Origin: Bdellovibrionales bacterium
Lineage (GTDB): Bacteria > Bdellovibrionota > Bdellovibrionia > Bdellovibrionales > UBA1609
Assembly: GCA_965205365.1 (NCBI GenBank)
Contig: CBDBGT010000011.1
Location: forward strand, 347,489-411,488
Length of the DNA stretch: 64,000 bases
Reading direction: 5' to 3'
Shown: positions 10,540-20,908 of the stretch, in pieces
Layout of the letters: each line of letters starts with the position of its first letter
How positions within the stretch are numbered: the stretch's first letter is position 1
The notes under the pieces: generated by a model
Told to the model about the DNA's origin: nothing
Database searches by the model: none
Seen by the model: only the letters and a program-made list of their open reading frames with translations
Translations under genes and position numbers: made by a program

Positions 10540-11442
10540 TCATTTCATTTTAGGATCAAAGGCATCCCTTAAGCCGTCCCCAAAAAGATTAAACGCAAGC
10601 ATAGTAAGCCCTAGAGCAATTGAAGGGTAGAGTATTAAGTGTGGAAAGGACCTCATAGAGCGCCAGCCATCGGCTGCTAGCACCCCCCAACTACTATAAG
10701 GTGGTTGTAAGCCTAATCCAATAAAACTTAAAAAACTCTCAATAAGAATATTTGAAGGAATCTGAAAGGTTAAAAGTACAATAATTGGCCCTAAAATATT
10801 AGGAAAAATATGTTTTAGTAAAATCTTATACCCTGGAGACCCTAAAGCTTTTGCTGCCTCAACAAAGGCTAACTCTTTAACCTGTAAAACTTGCCCTCTA
10901 ACAACCCTTGCTAAAGTCACCCAACCCACCACACTCAAAGCCAAAAGCATTCCCATTAAGGCTCTTAACTCAGGATCTTGAAAAAAAATTACTGAATCAA
11001 AAATAACTTTCACTAAAATTAAAAGCACTATAGATGGTATTGAAATTAAAATATCTACAGTTCTCATCATAACAGCATCTATACGACCTCCAATCCAACC
11101 AGAAATACACCCATAAACAGTCCCTATAAGCATTGAAATTAAAGCTGTAAAGATTCCAACAGACATAGACATTCTAGCCCCATAAATAATTCGTGAAAGC
11201 ACATCTCTACCTAAGCTATCTGTGCCCAATAAAAATACTGAGCTTGGAGCCTCTAATAAATGATCAATATGTTGTGCTTCAAAGGAATACGGTGCTAAAT
11301 ATTTAGCAAACACGGCTATTAAACAAATTAAAGATACAAAACAAAATGAAACCATTGAAGCCTTATTTTTCTTCAATCTTAAAAAAGAGTCTTTCCACAG
11401 GCTTTTTGATTTTATACTTTCTAAAGACTTATACTTGTTCAT
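10540..11442 (-). CDS. Oligopeptide/dipeptide ABC transporter permease (OppC/DppC-like)
   Basis: Six hydrophobic segments and the EAA-type loop VEAAKALGSPGYKILLKHIFPN. Confidence 0.8.
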   Translation of the reverse strand: MNKYKSLESIKSKSLWKDSFLRLKKNKASMVSFCFVSLICLIAVFAKYLAPYSFEAQHIDHLLEAPSSVFLLGTDSLGRDVLSRIIYGARMSMSVGIFTALISMLIGTVYGCISGWIGGRIDAVMMRTVDILISIPSIVLLILVKVIFDSVIFFQDPELRALMGMLLALSVVGWVTLARVVRGQVLQVKELAFVEAAKALGSPGYKILLKHIFPNILGPIIVLLTFQIPSNILIESFLSFIGLGLQPPYSSWGVLAADGWRSMRSFPHLILYPSIALGLTMLAFNLFGDGLRDAFDPKMK

Positions 11443-11453
11443 ATTAAATTCCC

Positions 11454-12536
11454 TTAAGTTAGTCTAATTCTTGGATCAAAAAATGAATACAATAAATCAA
11501 CAATAAGATTACTCAAGACTAACAATACTGAATATAAAAGAGTTAAGCCTAATATTAATGGGTAGTCTCTATTCGTAACTGATTGAACCAAATGCTTACC
11601 AATTCCAGGAACAGCAAATAAAACTTCAATTACAAACGACCCTGAAAGAATACCAGCAAGTAAAGGCCCTGAGTATGTAAGGACGGGAATAAGAGAATTT
11701 TTAAGCACATGTTTATATAAAATCATAAATTCAGATAAACCTTTAGACCTAGCTGTTCTAATATAATCAGCTCTAATCACATCTAAAACCGTAGACCTTG
11801 TAAGCCTTGCTATAAAGGCAGCAGGCCTTATTCCTAAAGTCACAACAGGTAAAATATAATGAAGAGAACTGTCCCACATAGCTGGAGGTAAAATCTCTAA
11901 ATAATATGAAAATATCATAATCAAAACTGAGCCTACTAAAAAATTAGGAAGTGCAACACCACTTATGGCAACTCCCATGGTCACAGTGTCCTGCCATGTA
12001 TTGTGTCTTGATGCTGCAAATAGCCCAAATGGTATTCCTATAATAAATGACAGTGCAAAGGAATAAACACCTAAAATAAATGATGCAGGAAAACTTTCTG
12101 CTATTATATTTCCAACAGATCTACCTACGTATTTGTAGGATTCACCAAATTCTAAAGTGACAGCACTTTTTAAATAACTCATATATTGAACTATAGCAGG
12201 CTGGTCTAAACCATATTTTTTTTCAATATTTGCTTTAATCTCAGAAGGTAAAACCTTTTCAGTATCAAACGGCCCTCCAGGCATGAGTCTTAACAAAACA
12301 AACGTTAAGGTAGCTATGATAAAAAGAGTCACAAAAGCCTCTAAAACTCTTTTAAGACAATATACAATTGAATTACTCATATATGCAAAAAATACCAAAC
12401 CACTAAATATTTCTACAACAAATATTCCTATTAAAAAATATGGAACTTCATAATCTAATAGATTAAGCCCCACAATAAATAAGATGGTGCCTAGTATAAT
12501 CAATACAAATATTTTTGATAAATTTAAGCTTTTCAT
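11454..12536 (-). CDS. Oligopeptide/dipeptide ABC transporter permease (OppB/DppB-like)
   Basis: Permease topology and the RTARSKGLSEFMILYKHVLKNSLIPV loop. Confidence 0.8.
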   Translation of the reverse strand: MKSLNLSKIFVLIILGTILFIVGLNLLDYEVPYFLIGIFVVEIFSGLVFFAYMSNSIVYCLKRVLEAFVTLFIIATLTFVLLRLMPGGPFDTEKVLPSEIKANIEKKYGLDQPAIVQYMSYLKSAVTLEFGESYKYVGRSVGNIIAESFPASFILGVYSFALSFIIGIPFGLFAASRHNTWQDTVTMGVAISGVALPNFLVGSVLIMIFSYYLEILPPAMWDSSLHYILPVVTLGIRPAAFIARLTRSTVLDVIRADYIRTARSKGLSEFMILYKHVLKNSLIPVLTYSGPLLAGILSGSFVIEVLFAVPGIGKHLVQSVTNRDYPLILGLTLLYSVLLVLSNLIVDLLYSFFDPRIRLT

Positions 12537-12551
12537 CTTAAACTAATCACT

Positions 12552-14135
12552 TTATTGAACACTTGTCTTTTTTAACTTATACTCTTCCATAACATTAATT
12601 GGAAACGAGATAACTCTATTTGCTATAAGATGATGAGCAACCTTTGTATATACTGGAAAAACTGGAACGTCTTGATTTACTAAAATCTGATGTGCTCTTA
12701 AGTAAAGCTCCAATCTCTTCGGCTTGTTATCAACTAGCTCCACAGCATCTTCAATTATTTTATCAAATGTCTTATTTTTCCAACCCGTATGGTTTTGTTC
12801 AGAATATGATAACAACAATTCGAAAAAATTGTTGGGATCTGGATAATCTGCAACCCAACCCATTCTATACATGTGAGATGGATTAACTCTTACAGTTTGT
12901 AAGTAAACCTTCCACTCTTCATTTTTAATTTCAACTTTAATACCTAAATTTTCTTTTAATTGAGATTGAACATTTTCAGCAATTCTTTTATGATCTTCAA
13001 GGGTATTAAAGGAGAGTTGAATTTTAGGGAAAGGGTTTATTTCATCATATCCAGCATCTTTTAAATATTTCTTAGCCCTAACAGGATCAAAAGCCAAACC
13101 CACATCACCATTATGTCCAAACATCCCATGAGGAATCCAACCTGTTAAAGGCTTCCCCCCTCCTTGTAACATCTTTGTAATTTGACTCCTATCAATTGCA
13201 TGGGACAAAGCTTTCCTAACTAATACATTATCTGTAGGGACTTTTTGAGTGTTAAACCCATAATAATACGTAACTAATACAGGGTATTCTAAAAACTCTT
13301 TTCTTGCTCTTAAAATAGGAAGGTCTTTAGCTGGTAGCGTTCTTAATACATCTATTTTTCCTGCATCAAATAAATTTAAAGCCGTCTGTGTTTCTGAAAT
13401 CACATAAAAAATAATATTTTTAACTTTTGCAGGCTTATCAAAAAAAAGAGGATTTCTTTCTATGACTAAAGCCTTATCATGATCCCACTTAATAAGATTG
13501 TAAGGCCCTAAGGTTACAATATTTTGAGGTTCAGTCCATTTGTTACCAAATTTATTTACAATATCTTTTCTTATTGGAAAAGTTGAGGCATGGGTTAAAA
13601 GATATGGAAACTGCATTGCCTTTTCTAATTTAACATAGACAATATTTCCTTTAACCTTTACTCCAACCTGGTTAAAATCTTTTATTTTACCTTCATTATA
13701 CATTCTCGCATTTTTAATACCATACAAGAAATATGCATACTGAGACGCGGTTAAAGGATTCAACAGCCTTTCCCACCCATCAACAATATGTTGAGGCTCA
13801 AAAGGTTGACCATCACTCCATTTCATACCTTCTCTAATTTTAAATTCCCAGACCTTAGCACCCTTTAATGACTTCCATTCTGTTGCCAAAGATGGTGACA
13901 GCTTGACCTCACCGCCAGTATATTTAAACTGAACAAGCCCTTCCATAATATTTTGAGTTAAAAAGCTTGATGTTGAATCAGTTGATTTATGCCAATCCAA
14001 CGTTGGAGGCTCTCCAATAATCCTCATTCTCAATGTTTCAGATATTTTAAGTCCAAAATCACCTTTAGAGTTCTTTTTCTTACAAGACGTCGTCAATGCA
14101 ACCAACAAAATAAATAGTAATAAAGCCCTAAACAC
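12552..14135 (-). CDS. Peptide ABC transporter substrate-binding lipoprotein (SBP family 5)
   Basis: Lipobox LTTSC, family-5 SBP length and motifs, and location upstream of the two permeases. Confidence 0.8.
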   Translation of the reverse strand: MFRALLLFILLVALTTSCKKKNSKGDFGLKISETLRMRIIGEPPTLDWHKSTDSTSSFLTQNIMEGLVQFKYTGGEVKLSPSLATEWKSLKGAKVWEFKIREGMKWSDGQPFEPQHIVDGWERLLNPLTASQYAYFLYGIKNARMYNEGKIKDFNQVGVKVKGNIVYVKLEKAMQFPYLLTHASTFPIRKDIVNKFGNKWTEPQNIVTLGPYNLIKWDHDKALVIERNPLFFDKPAKVKNIIFYVISETQTALNLFDAGKIDVLRTLPAKDLPILRARKEFLEYPVLVTYYYGFNTQKVPTDNVLVRKALSHAIDRSQITKMLQGGGKPLTGWIPHGMFGHNGDVGLAFDPVRAKKYLKDAGYDEINPFPKIQLSFNTLEDHKRIAENVQSQLKENLGIKVEIKNEEWKVYLQTVRVNPSHMYRMGWVADYPDPNNFFELLLSYSEQNHTGWKNKTFDKIIEDAVELVDNKPKRLELYLRAHQILVNQDVPVFPVYTKVAHHLIANRVISFPINVMEEYKLKKTSVQ

Positions 14136-14226
14136 TTAATACCTCCTCTATAAAGAAGGGTTTAATCACATATTAAGACTTCTTGCAAAGAGAGGGTTCT
14201 TTGGATTTTAATAAATACTAAAAACC

Positions 14227-16662
14227 TTAAAATTTACCCCAATATTCTGCTGTAGGAGCCTCTTCTAGTTCTACATAAGCTGTAGGCTGAATTAAATAAT
14301 GCATACTTGCCCCTTTGCCATATAAAGAAGTGTATACAAATATATTACGCATTACTTTTTTCATATAAGATTTTGTCTCTTTAAACGGCACTCGTTCAAT
14401 AAACTCATCCTGATGGATTTGACCAACCATTTTACTCCACATTTTCACTCTATGCGGGCCTGCGTTATAAGATGCCACAACAAAGGGTAAATGACCATTA
14501 AACTGTTTATTTAACCTGCTTAAGTATTTTGCTCCATAACGAATATTTACCCTTGGCTTTAAGAGTGCTTTTGAAATATATGATTGTTCATCTCTAGTAA
14601 CTTTTTCTAACAAAGGATCTTTACCCGATAAAATACTTAGAATTTTAGCTCCCGTATAGGGCATGATTTGAAGAAGTCCTCTAGCTCCAACGGGAGAAAG
14701 TGCTTTTGTGTCAAAAAAACTTTCAGCTCTCATCACACTCCAAACTAAATTTTTAGAAATATCAAATAAACTAGACGCCTTTAAAACATATTCTTCATAA
14801 GCTTTAGGGTATGACTTAGACCAAAATTTATATGCTATTTCAGGCTTGGAAAAACTACGTTCTTTATAAAATGATGTAGAGGCTAGTCTTGAAAGATTGC
14901 TAAAATCCTTTGTGTTTTGAAAAAGCCCTAAAAGCTCTTCTTTTAAATTCTTAGTTTTTGACAGTTTTTTAATAACAACTAGTTCTTCATTTGCATCGTT
15001 AAAAAATCCTAATCTAGATAAATAAATATAGCGCTGCATATACAAAGAATAAGTTGACTCTTTTAGGGGTAGATCTTTAACCTTGTTTTTTGGCAAAGAT
15101 GATTCTAAACCCACTACTGGAAGATCTTCTAGCCCTGCTCCTACATAAAGTGTTGAGGGCATACGTATAGAGGGTTTAAAATCTGCTAAAAAAAGATCAC
15201 GCTTAATTAAAATACTTTTCTTTTTATCAATCCAAGGAAGTCTTAAAAAATTATTTGTAGTGAGTAGAGTTTGATTTTTTTTGGCAACATTCTCTAACCT
15301 TAAAGCTGAAAGAATAGCATAATATGAAACCAAAGGATCTGTAATAAGTTGTTTATATATTAAAACTGCATTGCTTTCTTGGCCTAATTTTTCTAAAGAT
15401 CTAGCTGCCCAATAGTAAACCTGTTTTTTATCAAAATACTTAGACCCTTTAGAATTATTTTTTATTTTTTCACCAAGAGCCACAAAACCAGAGTATGCTT
15501 CTTGATATTTTTTATCCAAATACATACTCCATGGTAATAACCATTGAGTTTTTTTAGCATAAATTGACCTTCTGTGATTCTTTAAGAGACTTTTAAAATA
15601 ACGTTGAGCAGCTTTAAAATTTGAAAGCTCTAAGTTTAAATTTGCAAGATTAAAAAGAAGATTTGCCTTTTTCCTAGATGTTTTTTCTTTCTTATACAAA
15701 TCTTTATAAACAAAAAGACTTTTTTCAGGTTGCCCAGCATAATACAACACTTTTGCTATTCTAATTTTTTCATCATAATTTTCTTCAATTTTTTTATCTT
15801 CAAATATCACCGTTAATGATCTATGGGGTTTACCAATATAGTAATAATAACTAGACAATAATCTTTCATATGTATATTTATTATTTTTAACCTCTTCTAA
15901 ATGTTTAAGTATCTCATTATTTAACCCTTCAAGATAATAACGTTTAAGTTTAGATCTTATATTTTTTAAGGTTAGACTGCACTCAACCTTTTTACCTTCA
16001 AACAATAAATTTTGGTCTTTAAACCCCCACTCATTAGAATACTTACTTAAGGGATGATTTTCATACAAATCTCTAAACCATTTACAATAACGTCTCTTAC
16101 CAAAGAGCTTTTTTTCAATGGATGCTGACAAAAGCTCCTCTAATAAATCCACTCTTTTTAAACTGCCCTTCCATGAATGTAATAGTGGATTTAGCTTTTT
16201 ATATGCAGATAGTCCCTTTTTATTCTTTAAATCTATTCGACCATATAAATAATTTATTTTCTCTAATAAAGATTTTTGAATTTTTTTTTCTTTTAAAGCT
16301 TTCTTAAGATGTGCCTCTGCTTTTAAAAAATTTTCTTGATTATAATCAATAACAGCTCTGTAATACTCTATATATATACCAAGCTCTTTGATTCCATAAG
16401 CTTGATCAAACTCTTTTTCCGCTTCCTCATACTTGCCAAACTCAACAGCTAAAACACCCTGTGCATACTTTAGTAAAAGCTTATCAGTACCGACCAATTC
16501 ACCTGAATACTTCCTTAAGTAATCTAAAGCCTTCTTGTTTTCATCATTTAAAATATGTTCCCGCAAATTCTTAAAGATACCTTTAGAAATAGAATGAGCA
16601 AATATACTACTAGGCACACAAAAAATAACAAAAAATAATAAACTAACCCTTATGAAAATCAT
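14227..16662 (-). CDS. slt: Soluble lytic murein transglycosylase (Slt70-like)
   Basis: Signal peptide, a long helical-repeat N-terminal region, and a C-terminal SLT domain (MRAESFFDTKALSPVGARGLLQIMPYTG, ASYNAGP). Confidence 0.8.
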   Translation of the reverse strand: MIFIRVSLLFFVIFCVPSSIFAHSISKGIFKNLREHILNDENKKALDYLRKYSGELVGTDKLLLKYAQGVLAVEFGKYEEAEKEFDQAYGIKELGIYIEYYRAVIDYNQENFLKAEAHLKKALKEKKIQKSLLEKINYLYGRIDLKNKKGLSAYKKLNPLLHSWKGSLKRVDLLEELLSASIEKKLFGKRRYCKWFRDLYENHPLSKYSNEWGFKDQNLLFEGKKVECSLTLKNIRSKLKRYYLEGLNNEILKHLEEVKNNKYTYERLLSSYYYYIGKPHRSLTVIFEDKKIEENYDEKIRIAKVLYYAGQPEKSLFVYKDLYKKEKTSRKKANLLFNLANLNLELSNFKAAQRYFKSLLKNHRRSIYAKKTQWLLPWSMYLDKKYQEAYSGFVALGEKIKNNSKGSKYFDKKQVYYWAARSLEKLGQESNAVLIYKQLITDPLVSYYAILSALRLENVAKKNQTLLTTNNFLRLPWIDKKKSILIKRDLFLADFKPSIRMPSTLYVGAGLEDLPVVGLESSLPKNKVKDLPLKESTYSLYMQRYIYLSRLGFFNDANEELVVIKKLSKTKNLKEELLGLFQNTKDFSNLSRLASTSFYKERSFSKPEIAYKFWSKSYPKAYEEYVLKASSLFDISKNLVWSVMRAESFFDTKALSPVGARGLLQIMPYTGAKILSILSGKDPLLEKVTRDEQSYISKALLKPRVNIRYGAKYLSRLNKQFNGHLPFVVASYNAGPHRVKMWSKMVGQIHQDEFIERVPFKETKSYMKKVMRNIFVYTSLYGKGASMHYLIQPTAYVELEEAPTAEYWGKF

Positions 16663-17178
16663 AACTCTCCTCTTTTAAAATACCCTTTCTCAAATATTTT
16701 TAAAAGATCTTTTAAAAATTTAATTCAAAAGTACTAAGCCTCTTAGATAAATTTTTAAAAATAAACTCTATTTTTAGTTAAGACGTTTGACTAGAAAATT
16801 AAAAAATATCCTTACTACCCTATATTAAAAATTTTTTCATAAAAAATAATTTTTTTTTAAAGATTTTTTAATGAAATCTATTTCATATCCAAATTTAAAA
16901 CCCTTAAGGCTTCTAGATTTAAAGCAAAAAATAGTGTTTTTAAAAACTCCCTAATAATAAACTCTTTATTTACATGATTTAAAAAGCCATTCTAAATAAA
17001 TATAGAACAGTAGATTAAATTAAATCTTTTAAGAGTAAGTTTTTAAATTCATTTTTTAAAAAAAAGCTTATATTTAAGAAATAGAATTAAACTAGTTACT
17101 CTTCCTTTCTATAAAGAATCATAAAATGTCTTTCTAAGCATATTTTTATTAATATTCTTTCATCTAAATACATATGCT

Positions 17179-18537
17179 TTAGTTTATAGAGTCACTGTCA
17201 CTTGATGAACACGAATCACCAGAGCAACTTGAATTTCTACATTCTGGTGGAAGATCATTTTCTGATATTCCTCTACCATTAGCACCAGGTGTTGGACACT
17301 GGCTTTCAACACTTGCAGAAGCCCAAGTTGGTATTGGTGCTACAGGTGGTCTGTTTCTTCTCTTCTTTTTTGTTCTGTTCTTCATAATTAAAAAAAGAAG
17401 CAAAACTACACTACCACCAATTAATAATTTAGGAATAAACCAAGATTTTTTCTTATCTTTAATACATTTATTCTTAACATTCTCAATGTAACCTTGAGGA
17501 CAACCACAAAAAATATTTCCAGGGCCTGAGTTCCGTATTTTTTTTCCAGGACAAACACATTGTTCAAATTTTATAGAAGAACTTGCTTTTCCCCCTATTG
17601 TATCCACCCTTATCATATCATTAATACAAACACACTTTTTTTCCTTAGCGTCCCACTCTAGATCATTGTGACCGCATCTGTTAATGGAAACACATTGTTT
17701 AGTTGATTTATCCCACTCCTCACCTTTTTTGCACGGTGACGGAGTAGTCACAATATTAGGAATACACTCTCTTGTTCTCTTACTAAAGAGTTGACCCTCA
17801 GGACAAGCACAGCTAATAGCTCCTTTTGTATCCTCTATTTGTTCCATACCCCGTTTAGAGCAAACACACTCTCCATTTACACCTCTAGACATATTTAAGC
17901 CGCATACTTCACAATTTATTTTTCTATCTGAGGGAGAAAAAATTCCATTTGGGCACTTACAGCCTATATACTTCCCCTTTTCTCTTATAGGCTCTCCCCC
18001 ATAATCTTTTTCACACTGCTCTGCATTTCCTGCATATGCTTTAGGAAACAAATCATTTAAAATAGATTCAATAAATGAAACTTTTTTAGCCCCCTTACCT
18101 ATAATAATATCAGTAAGTCTTGCCTTTGCTCTTTCATAAATTAAAAAATCTTTCCATAAAAACGACTGACCATTTACTAAAAAAGCAACAGGCCCCTTGT
18201 CTACATATTTTACAAAAAGAGACTGACCTTTAAACTTTATCTTAAAATAATCTTTCCCGACTTTAAACTGAGCAAATTTTTTATCCCAAAGAGGTAAGGT
18301 CATTTTTACAATGTCTCTGTATGCTCTTTTACTCATCATTGGTTCTGCTGATTCTACAAAATCTGAAACTTTTAAATTCCTTTTCTTATTTTGTATTGTC
18401 TTAAGCATATTTGCATAATGAGGAGTTTTTACTGTTTTCTTAATATTAATATTTTGAGGCTTTGCAAAGGCAGCTGGAGTAAAAATAAAGGAAGCTAAAA
18501 TCAAACCTATCACTATATCTTTATATATTTTCTTCAT
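17179..18537 (-). CDS. Hypothetical Cys-rich type-I membrane protein with repeated CxCPxG modules
   Basis: Signal peptide and about 30 Cys residues in repeated C-x-C-P-x-G/EGF-like spacing. A single TM (LLIGGSVVLLLFLIM) is followed by a basic stop-transfer KKKRRNR. The tail is Ser/Cys-rich and acidic. Confidence 0.4.
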   Translation of the reverse strand: MKKIYKDIVIGLILASFIFTPAAFAKPQNINIKKTVKTPHYANMLKTIQNKKRNLKVSDFVESAEPMMSKRAYRDIVKMTLPLWDKKFAQFKVGKDYFKIKFKGQSLFVKYVDKGPVAFLVNGQSFLWKDFLIYERAKARLTDIIIGKGAKKVSFIESILNDLFPKAYAGNAEQCEKDYGGEPIREKGKYIGCKCPNGIFSPSDRKINCEVCGLNMSRGVNGECVCSKRGMEQIEDTKGAISCACPEGQLFSKRTRECIPNIVTTPSPCKKGEEWDKSTKQCVSINRCGHNDLEWDAKEKKCVCINDMIRVDTIGGKASSSIKFEQCVCPGKKIRNSGPGNIFCGCPQGYIENVKNKCIKDKKKSWFIPKLLIGGSVVLLLFLIMKNRTKKKRRNRPPVAPIPTWASASVESQCPTPGANGRGISENDLPPECRNSSCSGDSCSSSDSDSIN

Positions 18538-18690
18538 ACTGATATTTTCTAAGAAAACTTTTAAGACTTAAAGAGCTTTATAAATTTTCTAGACCAAAAT
18601 CCCTTTAAAAACTAGACTGTAGATGTGTAACTAAAAAAGTAACGGCTATTTTAAACAGTTTAGTTTAAAGACCTTAATAATAAGAACCTC

Positions 18691-19725
18691 TTATTGAGCA
18701 GCCCTTACTTTGCGTAAAACTACCTCTAATGACTTTAAATCACTTAAAAAACTAGCTGTTACCACCTTATTAAAATCTTTATTTAAACAACGAGCTCTTA
18801 TAATATTTTCACCTCCAGCTTGAATAAAAACTTTTTGAATCCTAAAATCTATCTCTTCTTCCGTCTCTAAACAGTCCACTGTAAAAGCATAGGGAACCAC
18901 AACAAGCTTTTTAACACCCTTTCTAGCTAGCTCTTTCACCTTATCAACGGTATATGGAAGTATCCATTGATTTTTACCTAAACGACTTTGAAAAGACACC
19001 TCCCAATGATGAAGACCTAATCTATTTGAAATATCAGATGCTGTTTTAAAGCACTGAGATCTGTAGCAAAACTCATTAACCTCATGCCAGGTTAAACAAC
19101 ACTTACCACAGTTATTACACTGTCTATGAATTTTTTTAATCTGTTTTTCAGGAATTCCATGAAAGCTAAATAGTACTTTTGTCCCTTTATCTTTATAATT
19201 TTTTATTTTTTTTGCTGAAATATTTAAAAAATCAGGATGATTAAAGTAGTATGCTTTAGATTTAATTTGAATGTCTTTATTCTTTTTAACCCACTTTTCA
19301 GCTTCTTCTAAAGCGCTTAGCGAAGATGACTGAGCATACTGTGGATACATGGGAATATAATAAATTTCTTTTACGCCTTGTTCTTTTAATTCATCTAGAG
19401 TTTTATCAATATATGGAGCTGAATAACTCATGGCATATCGTACTAAATATTCACCCTGGTATTTTTTACTAAGCTCTTTAACTATTTCTTTAGTATAAAC
19501 ATTTAAAGGTGAGCCTTCTTTTTTCCAAACAACTTTATACGCCTTTAAAGACTTTAAAGCTCTAAAAGGAACTATAATTCCTTTAACTAAAAAAAATCTT
19601 AGTAAAAAAGGAATATCGATAACGTTTTTATCCATTAAAAAGTTTGTTAAATATTTTCTAACAGCCTTTATGTTTAGGCCTTCAGGCGTTCCAATATTCA
19701 CAAGTACAATTGCTTTTTTAGACAT
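18691..19725 (-). CDS. hemH: Ferrochelatase
   Basis: Ferrochelatase motifs (LFSFHGIPE, QSRLG..W.LPYT); last gene of the heme cluster. Confidence 0.85.
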   Translation of the reverse strand: MSKKAIVLVNIGTPEGLNIKAVRKYLTNFLMDKNVIDIPFLLRFFLVKGIIVPFRALKSLKAYKVVWKKEGSPLNVYTKEIVKELSKKYQGEYLVRYAMSYSAPYIDKTLDELKEQGVKEIYYIPMYPQYAQSSSLSALEEAEKWVKKNKDIQIKSKAYYFNHPDFLNISAKKIKNYKDKGTKVLFSFHGIPEKQIKKIHRQCNNCGKCCLTWHEVNEFCYRSQCFKTASDISNRLGLHHWEVSFQSRLGKNQWILPYTVDKVKELARKGVKKLVVVPYAFTVDCLETEEEIDFRIQKVFIQAGGENIIRARCLNKDFNKVVTASFLSDLKSLEVVLRKVRAAQ

Positions 19726-20908
19726 GTTGAATTTCTTTAGTTTTTTTCAAAATATTTTTTGCAAAAATCTGACCACTTTGAATCATTGAGCCTATGCCTA
19801 GGTTACCAGTCCAATTTGCAAAAAAATATATGTCATCTTTATGTTTTTCTAATTTTCTTAATACACCTTCTAAAGCAAGATCATATGCTGGGAATGCCTG
19901 TTCCCAGTGCTTAAAGTATGATTTAACAATTTTATTCTCTCTAAAAAACTTTTCTTTTCGAAAAGACTTTACTAAAGACAACGCAGTTTTTTTTTCCACT
20001 ATAAAATCACCATTAAAAATCCAAGTTTCAGAAACAAGATTTTTTTTTGCTCTATTCTCAAAAATATCTGAATTTAAAATTAAGCCTAACACTTTTTCTC
20101 CTTGCTTTTTAAATATACAGCCAAATCCTTTAAAAGGCATTCTATCTTTTTTATCAATGAAAACGGTCATAGTAGATATTTTTTTATAAGAAACTTTACT
20201 CAAAAGATTTTTAACATCTTTTGAAACACAATTAGGCAATGAATATGTTGGAGTTGAAATCACTCTAAAATTATAATTCTTTAAAGGCTCTTTCTCAAAT
20301 AAAACCCCTTTGTTTATTAAATAACTTTTTAAATAATCACAAAACTCCTGCATTCCGTTTTTAAAACTAATACTCCCTAAAGATTTTTCTCTGTTCAATT
20401 GAAAAAAACTCTTTAACAATAAACTTGCACTAAGCTCTTTAACATCTCCACCATATATTCCCTGAAGCCCTGGGGCTATTAAATTATCTAATACAGACTT
20501 TCCAACGGTTCTTAAACCCCACTCCTCTAAAGTTTCATTCTTAAAAGGTTTTATCTGAGATTTTTTTTTCACTAATGCAAAAAGAGGTTTTAAATTTCTT
20601 AATGTTTGAATAAAACTCAACGGCCACCTTCTAGGCCTTTCGTTTATAAAAACATATTTTTTTTTCCCAATATCTAAATAAAACTCATACTCTAAACCTA
20701 TTTCATTTAATAAATCCTTTGTTGCCTCATTATACAATATTGAATTTGCCGCTGCCTCCACCAAACCCTCAGGAGTTATTAATGTTGAAATTTTATGTTC
20801 ATTATAGGGATCAATAACAGTAACTTTAAATCCTTCCTTATAAAGAAAATATGTAGCAATTAAACCACTTATTCCTGAACCATAAACTGCAAGACTTGGT
20901 TTAATCAT
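19718..20908 (-). CDS. hemY: FAD-dependent protoporphyrinogen oxidase-like protein (HemY/PgoX type)
   Basis: N-terminal dinucleotide fold VYGSGISGL and an amine-oxidase-like layout; translationally coupled between hemN and hemH. It is shorter than a typical HemY. Confidence 0.55.
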   Translation of the reverse strand: MIKPSLAVYGSGISGLIATYFLYKEGFKVTVIDPYNEHKISTLITPEGLVEAAANSILYNEATKDLLNEIGLEYEFYLDIGKKKYVFINERPRRWPLSFIQTLRNLKPLFALVKKKSQIKPFKNETLEEWGLRTVGKSVLDNLIAPGLQGIYGGDVKELSASLLLKSFFQLNREKSLGSISFKNGMQEFCDYLKSYLINKGVLFEKEPLKNYNFRVISTPTYSLPNCVSKDVKNLLSKVSYKKISTMTVFIDKKDRMPFKGFGCIFKKQGEKVLGLILNSDIFENRAKKNLVSETWIFNGDFIVEKKTALSLVKSFRKEKFFRENKIVKSYFKHWEQAFPAYDLALEGVLRKLEKHKDDIYFFANWTGNLGIGSMIQSGQIFAKNILKKTKEIQHV

